Part shown: piece by piece, positions 45,025-54,781 of the stretch
Numbering within the stretch: position 1 is the stretch's first letter
Layout: each line of letters starts with the position of its first letter
Source: Oscillospiraceae bacterium
GTDB taxonomy: Bacteria; Bacillota; Clostridia; Oscillospirales; Oscillospiraceae
NCBI GenBank assembly: GCA_045642405.1
Contig: JAZUIU010000028.1
Coordinates: 21,856 to 85,855, forward strand
Length of the DNA stretch: 64,000 nt
Direction: 5' to 3'
Notes under the pieces: generated by a model
What the model saw: the letters and a program-made list of their open reading frames with translations, nothing else
Told to the model about the DNA's origin: nothing
The model's database searches: none
Made by a program: the position numbers and the translations under genes

Positions 45025-46298
45025 GTTGTCTTTCGTCCTTTCGTATCGTCGGCGCGCACGATCATGCCGCCCAAATCGGTAATGTCTTTTTGTAAATCCG
45101 CATAACCGCGGTCAATATGGGAAACGGATGTGATCTGCGTCACACCCTCTGCCATCAGCCCTGCAATGGCAAGTGCCGCACCGCCGCGCAGGTCGGTGCA
45201 TTGCACCTTTGCGCCGTAGAGCCGATCCGTGCCCGTCACAACGGCTACCCTGCCTGCCACGCGGATCTGCGCCCCCATACGGGAAAGTTCATCCACATAG
45301 CGAAAGCGGTTTTCAAAGATATTTTCCACCAACACCGTACTGCCCCGACTCTTCAAAAGTGAAGCGAGCAAAACGGGTTGGGCATCGGTGGGAAACCCGG
45401 GATACGGTGCAGTATGTATCGCGTGAATGGCATGAAGCGCGCCGCTGCTTTTCAAAATAATGCGCCTTTCCTCACTGAAAACCGTACAACCGGCTTCCTG
45501 CAAAGCCGCCGTCACCGTTTTCAGCGCCGCCGTATCCACATCATGCAATGCGATCTCGCCGCCCGTGCCCGCCGCCGCGCAAAGATATGTCGAAGCGACA
45601 ATGCGGTCGGACATCACGCGATAGCATCCGCCGTGAAGCGTTTTCTTTCCGCAAACGGTCAGAATGGAACTGCCGGCGCCTTGTATTTCCGCGCCCATTG
45701 TGTTGAGAAAGTGCGCCAGATCCACAATTTCCGGCTCTCGCGCGGCATTATAGATTACGCTCACACCGTCGCAGGTGCAGGCGGTCAAAATCGCGTTTTC
45801 CGTTGCGCCGACGCTCGGCGTAAGCAAAGTGATCTCACCGGCGTGCAAATGTTGCGCCGTGCAGGTAAGCGTCCCGCCCTGTTCCGAAATCTCCGCGCCC
45901 AAATCACGCAAAGCCTTCAAATGCAGGTCGATCGGCCGCGGTCCCAACTCGCATCCGCCCGGATAGGAGAGTTCCACCTCTTTGCACCGCGCCAAAATCG
46001 CGCCGAGAAAAATTACGGATGAGCGCATCGCACGCATCAGTCCGTCCGGCACCATACTGCACACCATCGTAGAGGTATCCACCGTCAGACTGTCGCCGTT
46101 CCACGCCGTTTTGCACCCCAAATGCCGCAAAATCGCGACCGACGCCTCCACATCCCGAAGGCGCGGACAGTTTTCGATCACGCAGGTATCCGCGCACAAA
46201 ATCGTTGCCGCCAAAATCGGCAAAACGCTGTTCTTTGCGCCTTGCACGCGAACCGATCCGTATAGTGAACGCCCACCTTCGATGAGCAACTTTTCCAT
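44976..46298 (-). CDS. murA: UDP-N-acetylglucosamine 1-carboxyvinyltransferase
   Basis: GAKNSVLP, RSS, GGCELGPRPID (catalytic Cys loop), SVGATEN, AREPE, PYPGFPTD, DLRGGA. Confidence 0.93.
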   Translation of the reverse strand: MEKLLIEGGRSLYGSVRVQGAKNSVLPILAATILCADTCVIENCPRLRDVEASVAILRHLGCKTAWNGDSLTVDTSTMVCSMVPDGLMRAMRSSVIFLGAILARCKEVELSYPGGCELGPRPIDLHLKALRDLGAEISEQGGTLTCTAQHLHAGEITLLTPSVGATENAILTACTCDGVSVIYNAAREPEIVDLAHFLNTMGAEIQGAGSSILTVCGKKTLHGGCYRVMSDRIVASTYLCAAAGTGGEIALHDVDTAALKTVTAALQEAGCTVFSEERRIILKSSGALHAIHAIHTAPYPGFPTDAQPVLLASLLKSRGSTVLVENIFENRFRYVDELSRMGAQIRVAGRVAVVTGTDRLYGAKVQCTDLRGGAALAIAGLMAEGVTQITSVSHIDRGYADLQKDITDLGGMIVRADDTKGRKTTWQDSAEMHIGAEGED

Positions 46299-46547
46299 CC
46301 TCATCCCTCCGCATCGATGAAATACTCACTTCATCTTATGCAAAAGGATATTTTCGGTCACAAGGGCATATATAGGCACTATTACATAATACAGTATAGC
46401 GCATTTTTTGATTTCGTCAACTGTTTCTTTTAAAATAAAACAGTCTTCTAAATAAATATCGGGGCCAGGCAACAAGCCCGTCCCCGACATTTATCGGAAA
46501 ACCGCAATTTTTAAGTAAAGGAGTGTCTGCTCTTTTTTCTCTTCAGC

Positions 46548-47753
46548 CTATCTTCTCAAATTTTCGATCAAAGTGGAGACACCGAGTCCGCCGCCGCAGC
46601 AAGAGGTAAAAATACCGTATTTACCGCCGCGACGCTCGAGTTCGCGCATCGTAAACATACAGACACGGGCACCGGATGCGCCGTTGGGATGACCGTAGGA
46701 AATGGCACCGCCGTTGGGATTCCAGTTATCCTCGTTGATCTTGCATCCGCTCTCTTCTTCCAAGCCGCGAATGACGCCGATATTCTGCGCGGCAAAGGCT
46801 TCGTTGCATTCCCAAAGGTCAATATCGTCCACTTTGAGACCTGCACGGCGGATGGCATCCAAAGAGGAATAGACCGGTCCGAGTCCCATAAACTTCGGAT
46901 CGACGCCGGCATTGCCGCCCATCACGATACGGGCATACGGCTCGTAGCCGAGTTCCTTTGCCTTCTCTTCGGTCATCAAAAGCACCATACCGGCACCGTC
47001 GTTACGGCCGGAGGCGTTGCCTGCGGTGGTCACGCCGCCGGGTTTAACGGAAGGAAGCGCCGCGAGACCTTCCATCGTTGTCGTCGGACGCATAAATTCA
47101 TCGTCCGTGAATTGGATCTCGGGTGTCTTGCGCGTGGCAGGAAGCGTAACGGGGAAAATCTCCTCATCGAAATAACCCTTTTCGTGCGCCGCTTTCGCGC
47201 GCATCTGACTGCGCAGGGCAAACGCATCGCACTCTTCGCGCGTGATGTGATATTTTTTGGCAACATTTTCCGCCGTCTCGATCATATCAATGCAATCCTC
47301 CGGATTGGGGGCATGGCACTGCTTGTACGGCATAGGCATAACCATCTTGTTCGGCACGACATTGTTCATCGGGAATTTACAAAAGAATGTACTGTAAGAT
47401 TCCGCACCGCCGGCGATCATAATATCCGCCTGACCGAATGCGATCGCCGCCGCAGCGTGGTTGATCGCGTCGATCGCGCTGCCGCATTGACGCTCAACCG
47501 TACTTGACCAGACATAGTAACCCAAACGGGAGCAAAGTACGGAATAACGCGCCTGCGCCAAAGTCTTGCAATCGCCCAAAGCACTGCCGATATAAACGCC
47601 TTCGACTTTTGCGCCTTTCTCCAAAAGTTTTGTTTTGTCAAGCAAAGCGTCGATCGCCTTACCGGAAAGTTCCGCCATGGTAAAATGGCTCAAAGAACCG
47701 CCGATTTTGCCGAAACCGGTGCGCACACCGTCTACGATCACAATATTTCTCAT
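46548..47753 (-). CDS. Thiolase (acetyl-CoA C-acyltransferase family)
   Basis: RQCGS (Cys), GNASGRNDGA, NEAFA, GHPNGASG (His), SCCGGG (Cys). Confidence 0.9.
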   Translation of the reverse strand: MRNIVIVDGVRTGFGKIGGSLSHFTMAELSGKAIDALLDKTKLLEKGAKVEGVYIGSALGDCKTLAQARYSVLCSRLGYYVWSSTVERQCGSAIDAINHAAAAIAFGQADIMIAGGAESYSTFFCKFPMNNVVPNKMVMPMPYKQCHAPNPEDCIDMIETAENVAKKYHITREECDAFALRSQMRAKAAHEKGYFDEEIFPVTLPATRKTPEIQFTDDEFMRPTTTMEGLAALPSVKPGGVTTAGNASGRNDGAGMVLLMTEEKAKELGYEPYARIVMGGNAGVDPKFMGLGPVYSSLDAIRRAGLKVDDIDLWECNEAFAAQNIGVIRGLEEESGCKINEDNWNPNGGAISYGHPNGASGARVCMFTMRELERRGGKYGIFTSCCGGGLGVSTLIENLRR

Positions 47754-47918
47754 AGAAAAGCCCTCTCTTTTGTTTTTTTGGATCTGTCAAAATTATAACA
47801 CGAGCGCATTTGATGTCAACAAAGTCCGATTTGGAAATGCACAATTTTTTCGTTTTTTACACAAAAAATCGAATTTTATATTTATTATAATAAATATTTC
47901 TCAAAAAAAAGCGATTTT

Positions 47919-48605
47919 TTATTCCGCTTCGCAGATACTTTTGACGCGAAGTGTTTTTTCCGGCAACACGCCCGATTGTAAAAGTGCGGCAAGAAGGGCT
48001 TCCTCCCGACCGTCGGAGTATTCAATCCGCATCTTCTCATCCCACAGTGCGAGGCAGGGGACCTCCGCCCCGTTCGTTTGTTCCGAAAAGCAAACACAAA
48101 GCGTTGCCCTCTCATCCACCTTTTGCATCACGCGTACCGCCACACCGTAAGACTTACAAAGCCAATTCGCCGCCTCCTCTGCCCCGTAGGAAAAGCAAAG
48201 CGAACAGTATCGCACGGTACGGCACAGTTTTTCCGCACAACGCAGTACATTGTCCGTAACATATTCCCCACACAACACCAAATGTGCCTTAGATGCGTCG
48301 ATTTGCTTCGTGCGCAAATAAGTACGCACGATCTCCCCCGACATCCGATCGCGCAGCGGTGCGGTCGAGATCGGCAAAAGGCGGTATTTCTGCCACAGTT
48401 CCGACGGCATATCCTGTGGCAAAACGATTTGCCGCACACCCATACGGCGTAGTTTTTTTGCGGCTCGGCGAACGGAGTGCGGCTTTGGTGTTTTTTCTTT
48501 TGCAAAGCGCACGACCGCAAAGGCAACGCCGTCGATCGCGATGATTTCCTCGCGCGGTTTTCCTCCCTCTTGCCACTCAATTTTCCCGAACATACGCTCC
48601 TCCAA
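47919..48605 (-). CDS. Hypothetical protein
   Basis: 228-aa ORF with GGAGG RBS; no recognised motif. Confidence 0.6.
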   Translation of the reverse strand: MEERMFGKIEWQEGGKPREEIIAIDGVAFAVVRFAKEKTPKPHSVRRAAKKLRRMGVRQIVLPQDMPSELWQKYRLLPISTAPLRDRMSGEIVRTYLRTKQIDASKAHLVLCGEYVTDNVLRCAEKLCRTVRYCSLCFSYGAEEAANWLCKSYGVAVRVMQKVDERATLCVCFSEQTNGAEVPCLALWDEKMRIEYSDGREEALLAALLQSGVLPEKTLRVKSICEAE

Positions 48606-48647
48606 AAAAAAGACTTCTTTTCAAGATATGAAAAGAAGTCTTTTTTT
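48604..48647 (-). terminator. Terminator after the ftsEX-EnvC operon
   Basis: AAAAAAAAGACTTCTTTTCA...TGAAAAGAAGTCTTTTTTT. Confidence 0.8.
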
Positions 48648-48655
48648 ATTTTCGA

Positions 48656-49861
48656 TTACCAACCCTGGATATAGCCTTTGAGATATTTCAAGGGATCGAT
48701 CTGCACGCCGTTTTCGGTAATTTCAAAATGCAGATGCGGACCGCTGGAAATGCCGGATGCACCGGTCACGCCGATTGCCTGTCCTTGTATGACGATATCG
48801 CCGACATTGACCGCACGAGAGGACAAATGCTGGTAGAGCGTGGTATTGCCGCTGCCGTGATTGATGACAACATAGTTGCCGCGTGCGCTGTTGTATCCGG
48901 AGATCATCACCGTACCCGACTTTGACGCCACCACTTGAGAACTGTAATAAACGCGGCCGATATCAATGCCCTTATGGTTTGTGGAAGCACCTTTGATGCC
49001 GGTATTGCGGCCGCCGAACGGCGATGTGATATAGTGGCTGGTGGTCGGCCAGATGTAGCCACCAAGTGTCGTCGCCATACCGTTTTGCGCGGCAAGTTCC
49101 TGCGACATCTTCACGATCCGGCGCTGTTCCGCTTCCTGTTCGGCTTGCGCCTGTCTCAAAAGTTGATTGTAATACGACTCGTTGCCCTTGATCTCCTTGA
49201 CGACCGCTTCCGCTTCAGACTGGCGTTTTTTCAATTCCGCCTTTTTCTCTTCCAAAACGGCTTTTTGTGCCTTCACTTGATTTAAGGAGTCTTCCAAAGT
49301 CGCCTTTTTCGCTTTGATCTCTTCCTGCAAAGCCAGCAACCGGTCGATCACCGCCTGATCGCTCTCGGCGATCTCATTGATGAAATTGAGTGAACTGAGC
49401 AACTCCGGAAAACTGACCGAATGGAACAGTACCGACCAATAACTGATCGTGCCGCGCTCTTCCATCGCGCGAATGCGCTTGTTGAAGATCGCCGTCTGCT
49501 TTGCCTCTTCCTCTTCCGCTTGCGTCAATTCTTCCTGCGTCTGCGTGATCAGGGCATTGTACTGATTGATCTGCTTTTGCACCTGATTGATCTCGGCGTT
49601 CGCCGTTGAAACTTGCTGGTCGATGATGTTCTTTTTCTTCATCGCATCGGTCTTTTGCGAGGATATGGCAGAAAGTTGCTTTTTGAGTTCCGCCTGTTTG
49701 TTTGCCAATTCGTCCGCACGCTTTTGCGCCTCATCGATATCGGCTTGCGTCACCGCCCAAACATTTTGCACGGGCTTTGCCGAAAACGGAGTCAGTTCCG
49801 CGAAAAGCAGTACACACGCAAATGCAAACGCGAGCACTGTACGCCATACTTTTTTCTTCAT
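48656..49861 (-). CDS. Coiled-coil M23 peptidase (EnvC/PcsB-like murein hydrolase or activator)
   Basis: Signal peptide, long coiled coil, HKGID, YQHLS, GPHLHFE. Confidence 0.9.
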   Translation of the reverse strand: MKKKVWRTVLAFAFACVLLFAELTPFSAKPVQNVWAVTQADIDEAQKRADELANKQAELKKQLSAISSQKTDAMKKKNIIDQQVSTANAEINQVQKQINQYNALITQTQEELTQAEEEEAKQTAIFNKRIRAMEERGTISYWSVLFHSVSFPELLSSLNFINEIAESDQAVIDRLLALQEEIKAKKATLEDSLNQVKAQKAVLEEKKAELKKRQSEAEAVVKEIKGNESYYNQLLRQAQAEQEAEQRRIVKMSQELAAQNGMATTLGGYIWPTTSHYITSPFGGRNTGIKGASTNHKGIDIGRVYYSSQVVASKSGTVMISGYNSARGNYVVINHGSGNTTLYQHLSSRAVNVGDIVIQGQAIGVTGASGISSGPHLHFEITENGVQIDPLKYLKGYIQGW

Positions 49862-49871
49862 CTCTTCGCCC

Positions 49872-50759
49872 TCACACGCGCAGGAATTTACGCACCGCCG
49901 TCACACTTCCGCCGATACCGACTGCCAAGCCGATCCCTGCAAAACTGATGCCGACCGGAACGATGATCCTGGAAAATTCCACAATGTTGAAAAGCTGCAA
50001 ACGGTCGGAAGCCGCAATACTTTCGGCGACCGTAACATAGAGAAGCCATTGAAGCAAAAAGCCGATGACCGCGCTGATCAGCCCGATCGCCATGCCTTCG
50101 TAAACGAAGGGCCAGCGGATAAATCCGTCCGACGCACCCACCATTTTCAAAATGGCGATCTCCGTTTTCCGCTCATGCGTCGTCAAACGGATGGTGTTGG
50201 AAATGATAAACGCCGAAATGACGAAAAGCACCAGCATCAAAGCCGCACCGATCACACTTGCCACATTGCGCAGCGTGACAAATCCGCCGGCGATATCCTC
50301 ATCCACACGGACTTTGGCGACACCCTCGATCTGCCCGACTGCTTCCGCCGTAGCCTTTACCTGCGTCAGATCCTTGACATAAACGGCAAAGCGGTCGCGG
50401 AAAATGGTAGGATCGAGATCCTGCATGATCTCCTCGTCCCTGTGTTGCTCTTCAAAGGATTTTGTCGCCTCTTCGCGCGAAATGTAGGTGATGTTCGCAA
50501 CATTGTCCTGTCGATCGATCGCACGCGCGATTTCGTCTTGCCGGCTATCGTCCGCGCTCTCGTCCACAAATGCCAAAATCTGATAATCGCTGGTAAGGTT
50601 TTCCAGCATCACTTCGGCGTTATAAGCGACCAAAGAGAATGTACCCATCACCACGAGGCAAGCGACCGTAACACCGATCGCGGCGAACGGGCGGAACCCG
50701 TGACTGAAAAGATTGATAATACCTTCGCGCAGATAGTATCCAAAGCCTACATGTTTCAT
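49872..50759 (-). CDS. ftsX: Cell division permease FtsX
   Basis: Four-TM topology, ISNTIRL...EIAILKMVGAS..FIRWPFVYEG. Confidence 0.92.
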   Translation of the reverse strand: MKHVGFGYYLREGIINLFSHGFRPFAAIGVTVACLVVMGTFSLVAYNAEVMLENLTSDYQILAFVDESADDSRQDEIARAIDRQDNVANITYISREEATKSFEEQHRDEEIMQDLDPTIFRDRFAVYVKDLTQVKATAEAVGQIEGVAKVRVDEDIAGGFVTLRNVASVIGAALMLVLFVISAFIISNTIRLTTHERKTEIAILKMVGASDGFIRWPFVYEGMAIGLISAVIGFLLQWLLYVTVAESIAASDRLQLFNIVEFSRIIVPVGISFAGIGLAVGIGGSVTAVRKFLRV

Positions 50760-51442
50760 TCCGCACCTCTGATTCCGTAGCCAATGCCGTCGCTGACCAC
50801 TTGACCCTGCTGTAAATAGACCACTCGCTTTTGGAAACGGTTGACCAATTCTCTCTCGTGCGTAACGACCAAAACCGTTGTTTCCAAATCGTTAATCCGC
50901 TCGAGCAGTTTCATGATCTCCTCGGAACGTTCCGGATCAAGGTTACCGGTCGGCTCATCGGCGATGATCGTCTGCGGATTGTTGACCAAAGCACGGGCGA
51001 TCGCCACACGCTGCTGCTCACCGCCGGAAAGTTCGTCCGGATAGCTGTTCGCCTTGTTCTCCAAACCAACCAAATCCAACACATACGGTATGCGCTGGCG
51101 AATTTCGCGTGTGCCCTTGCCGCAGGCATACATCACGGTACTCAGATTGTCATATACCGTCTTGCGTTCGATCAAGCGGAAATCCTGGAAAATAATACCG
51201 AGCGTGCGGCGCAGTTTCGGTATCTGCCTTTCGGATATCTTGTTGAGATTGAAGCCGTTGACCATGACCTGACCGCCGGTGGGCATGATCTCACCGGTCA
51301 AAATCTTGATGATCGTGGACTTGCCGGAGCCGGAAGGCCCGACCAAAAAGACAAATTCCTTGTCCTGTATTTCCAAATCAACGCCGCGCAATGCAAGCGT
51401 TTTATTCGCATATTGCTTTTCTACTTGTTTGAGTCGAATCAT
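50756..51442 (-). CDS. ftsE: Cell division ATP-binding protein FtsE
   Basis: GPSGSGKS, GIIFQDFRL, LSGGEQQRVAIARA, ADEPTGNLDP. Confidence 0.93.
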   Translation of the reverse strand: MIRLKQVEKQYANKTLALRGVDLEIQDKEFVFLVGPSGSGKSTIIKILTGEIMPTGGQVMVNGFNLNKISERQIPKLRRTLGIIFQDFRLIERKTVYDNLSTVMYACGKGTREIRQRIPYVLDLVGLENKANSYPDELSGGEQQRVAIARALVNNPQTIIADEPTGNLDPERSEEIMKLLERINDLETTVLVVTHERELVNRFQKRVVYLQQGQVVSDGIGYGIRGAE

Positions 51443-51565
51443 TGCCGTCCTCCTGCCAAGTTTCTTTTCCTCTCTATTATACCTTCTTTTTCGACAAAAC
51501 GCAAGAAGTTTTTATGTAAACAAATTGTGTACAAAAAAAGAGAGAGGGATATCCCTCTCTCCGTA

Positions 51566-52663
51566 TCAAGCCTCAATTCCGCGCGATGCCAGATATTTGC
51601 GCACCATCAAAGCGACTTTGAAGGTGATCGCATCGTCAAATTGGCGCAGATCCAAGCCGGTCAGTTTTTTGATTTTTTCCAGGCGATACACCAAAGTATT
51701 GCGGTGTACGAACAGTTTTCGTGCCGTTTCGGAAAGCACGAGGTTGTTTTCAAAGAATTTGTTGATGGTGAACAGCGTCTCTTTGTCCAGCGCATCAATC
51801 GGGTTTTTCTTGAACACTTCTTGCAAGAACATCTCGCAAAGAGTCGTCGGCAGTTGATAGATCAAACGACCGATGCCCAAATTTTCATAATTGATGACAT
51901 ATTTCTCAATGTCAAACACTTTGCCCACTTCAATGGCAATCTGTGCTTCCTTGTAAGACTTGCCCAAATCGCGCAAATGCGTTGCAATCGTGCCGATACC
52001 GATGACGATTTTGCCGTCATTGCGTCCGTCGCAAATCGCCTTTTCCACGCGCTCGGCAAGTTGATAGAGTTCCTTTATCTCCTTGTCATCTTTCACGGGG
52101 ACGATCAAAACGACATCGCTGTCCCCCATCGTGAGTGCAAAAGAAGACTGCCGATCGGGTACGGCGGCAAGCACCGCTTCCGGCGTGATCGCATCCAGAC
52201 GGCTATCCACACGGCGAATGAGCAAAACGCCGCGGCTTGCTTCGGTATCCACATGCAACTCTTTTGCGCGGATATAAACATCATTGTGCATAATGTTGTC
52301 GGAAATGATGTTTTTGATGAAAGATGACTTGTCATGCTTTTCCTCATAATAGGTCTTCGCAACATTCAAAGCGACCGACGCCATCATACAGATACTCTGT
52401 GCAGCGGCATCTTCCCCATCCGTAAAAACAGCAAAATCAAACTGCCCGTCCCAATGTCCCAACGGACGATAGGTACGGCCGTCTACAAAGACACATTCCC
52501 CGTCGGCGCGGTTGATTTGCGCAACGGCATCGGGGTAACGCTTTCCGATCTCGGGTAATTCCGTACAGGCAATAATCGTACCGTCAGAATCAAGTACGCC
52601 GACAAGCGCAGAAGTACTGTCCTTAAATTGGAGTACCACATTCTGAAAAATAATTCCGGACAT
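51566..52663 (-). CDS. CdaR/PucR-family transcriptional regulator
   Basis: Sugar-diacid-like N-domain, GIG, C-terminal HTH SETARKLFVHRNTLVYRLEKI..LTGLDL. Confidence 0.88.
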   Translation of the reverse strand: MSGIIFQNVVLQFKDSTSALVGVLDSDGTIIACTELPEIGKRYPDAVAQINRADGECVFVDGRTYRPLGHWDGQFDFAVFTDGEDAAAQSICMMASVALNVAKTYYEEKHDKSSFIKNIISDNIMHNDVYIRAKELHVDTEASRGVLLIRRVDSRLDAITPEAVLAAVPDRQSSFALTMGDSDVVLIVPVKDDKEIKELYQLAERVEKAICDGRNDGKIVIGIGTIATHLRDLGKSYKEAQIAIEVGKVFDIEKYVINYENLGIGRLIYQLPTTLCEMFLQEVFKKNPIDALDKETLFTINKFFENNLVLSETARKLFVHRNTLVYRLEKIKKLTGLDLRQFDDAITFKVALMVRKYLASRGIEA

Positions 52664-52926
52664 CGTCTGATTCCTCCTACCGTGGATAGATCAATTTGTT
52701 TTGTGCAAGTTGACTAACGACAATTTGTATTATACTTGTTGTTTTGACATTTTGCAAGATATTTTTTTGTTTTTTTCACAAATTTATTAAAAATTTTTGT
52801 GCTATATGCAAAAAGAATGACCAATCTGCATAAAAAACGGCTCTTTTTTTTGTGATTTTGGTATTGGGCAAAATGTGCATAATTTTCCGGTTTTTTACAT
52901 ATCTTGTGGCAGAAAGGGTGACGAAC

Positions 52927-53397
52927 ATGCTTATCTTGTCCGCAAATTTCTCGCGCAAAAAAAGAATTTGTCTCTTATTGAGCATTGCATTTTTGATCAT
53001 TGCCGCGATCATCGTTTCCCGCATTTCCGCTCAAAAAACGAAAAAAGATTGTTGCTACGCACCGCACAATGAGCAACGCATTGCGTTTTTGCAGTCTTAT
53101 GGCTGGACGGTGAAAGAGCAACCGATCGAAACGCTCAATCTTCCCATCGGTGACACCTTGCAAGAGCCCTTTCTCTCCTATAACAAACTGCAACTGCGGC
53201 AAGGGTTTGATCTGAGTGCGTGCTGCAACAAAACTTTACAGCGTTACAGTTATCAAATCACCAACTATCCGGGCAGAGCGGATTGCCTGGCTAATCTTTA
53301 CCTTTGCGAAAACCGCATCGTCGCCGCCGATATCATCTGCCTCGGAGATAATGGGTTTATGCAGGATCTGCAATTTCCGAGTGGTGAAAAAGCTTGA
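52927..53397 (+). CDS. DUF4830-family membrane-anchored protein
   Basis: N-terminal TM; RIAFLQSYGW, YNKLQ..QGFDL, YSYQITNYP, IVAADI. Confidence 0.75.
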   Translation: MLILSANFSRKKRICLLLSIAFLIIAAIIVSRISAQKTKKDCCYAPHNEQRIAFLQSYGWTVKEQPIETLNLPIGDTLQEPFLSYNKLQLRQGFDLSACCNKTLQRYSYQITNYPGRADCLANLYLCENRIVAADIICLGDNGFMQDLQFPSGEKA

Positions 53398-53429
53398 TTT
53401 CGGTCAGAATTCCCCGAAAATCAACACAT

Positions 53430-53465
53430 AAAAAAGAAGTGTTGCAAAAGCAACACTTCTTTTTT
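53430..53465. terminator. Bidirectional terminator after tuf
   Basis: AAAAAAGAAGTGTTGC-AAAA-GCAACACTTCTTTTTT. Confidence 0.85.
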
Positions 53466-53479
53466 ATGGTTTAATAGAA

Positions 53480-54679
53480 TTAAAGCGTCTCGATAACAAC
53501 GCCGGAACCAACCGTACGGCCACCTTCACGGATAGCAAAACGGAGACCCTTTTCGATAGCGATCGGGGTGATGAGTTCCACATTCATATCAACGTTATCG
53601 CCGGGCATGCACATTTCGGTACCTTCGGGAAGGGTGATAACACCGGTCACATCGGTGGTACGGAAATAGAACTGGGGACGATAGTTGTTGAAGAACGGAG
53701 TATGACGGCCGCCTTCATCCTTGGAAAGGACATAAACCTGACCGACAAACTTGGTGAGGGGGTGAATGGAACCGGGTTTAGCAAGAACCTGGCCGCGCTC
53801 GATGTCGGTCTTAGCGATACCACGGAGCAAAGCACCGATGTTATCACCGGCTTCAGCGAAGTCGAGGAGCTTGTGGAACATTTCGATACCGGTAACAACG
53901 CTCTTCTTCTTCTCTTCGGACAAACCGACGATTTCGATTTCCTCGTTGAGATTCAGAACACCACGCTCAACACGGCCGGTAGCGACGGTACCACGACCGG
54001 AGATCGTGAACACGTCTTCAACGGGCATCAAGAAGGGCAGGTCATCGTTACGGGCAGGAGTGGGGATCCAAGTATCAACAGCGTCCATCAATTCCTTGAT
54101 GCACTGATACTCGGGAGCTTCCTGATCCTGGGACTCGGAAACGAGAGCGTTCAAAGCGGAACCGCGGATGATCGGAGTATCGTCGCCGGGGAAGCCATAC
54201 TCGCTGAGCATTTCACGAACTTCCATTTCGACGAGCTCGAGAAGCTCTTCATCGTCGACCTGGTCGCACTTGTTGAGGAAAACGAGCACGGAAGGCACGT
54301 TCACCTGACGGGCGAGCAGCAAGTGCTCGCGAGTCTGAGCCATAGGGCCGTGGGATGCGGGGGTAACAAGGATAGCACCGTCCATCTGAGCAGCACCGGT
54401 ACTCATGTTCTTGATATAGTCGGCGTGGCCCGGGCAGTCAACGTGAGCATAGTGACGGTTGTCCGTCTCATACTCAACGTGAGCCGTATTGATGGTGATA
54501 CCGCGTTCGCGCTCTTCGGGAGCCTTATCGATGCAGCTGTAATCAGTGTAGTCGGCATAGCCCTTGAGAGCAAGGAACTTGGTGATGGCAGCGGTAAGAG
54601 TGGTCTTACCATGGTCAACGTGACCGATCGTGCCGATGTTAACATGGGGCTTATTGCGGTTAAACTTTTGCTTAGCCAT
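53480..54679 (-). CDS. tuf: Elongation factor Tu
   Basis: [43 protein letters not shown]. Confidence 0.98.
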   Translation of the reverse strand: MAKQKFNRNKPHVNIGTIGHVDHGKTTLTAAITKFLALKGYADYTDYSCIDKAPEERERGITINTAHVEYETDNRHYAHVDCPGHADYIKNMSTGAAQMDGAILVTPASHGPMAQTREHLLLARQVNVPSVLVFLNKCDQVDDEELLELVEMEVREMLSEYGFPGDDTPIIRGSALNALVSESQDQEAPEYQCIKELMDAVDTWIPTPARNDDLPFLMPVEDVFTISGRGTVATGRVERGVLNLNEEIEIVGLSEEKKKSVVTGIEMFHKLLDFAEAGDNIGALLRGIAKTDIERGQVLAKPGSIHPLTKFVGQVYVLSKDEGGRHTPFFNNYRPQFYFRTTDVTGVITLPEGTEMCMPGDNVDMNVELITPIAIEKGLRFAIREGGRTVGSGVVIETL

Positions 54680-54781
54680 TGGATTATCCTCCTATAAACA
54701 TTTCGTACTTTTTGGGTTTTTTAACCAATTAACATTGGTATTTTAACATACATTTCGGACTATTGCAAGTCCTATTTTTTC

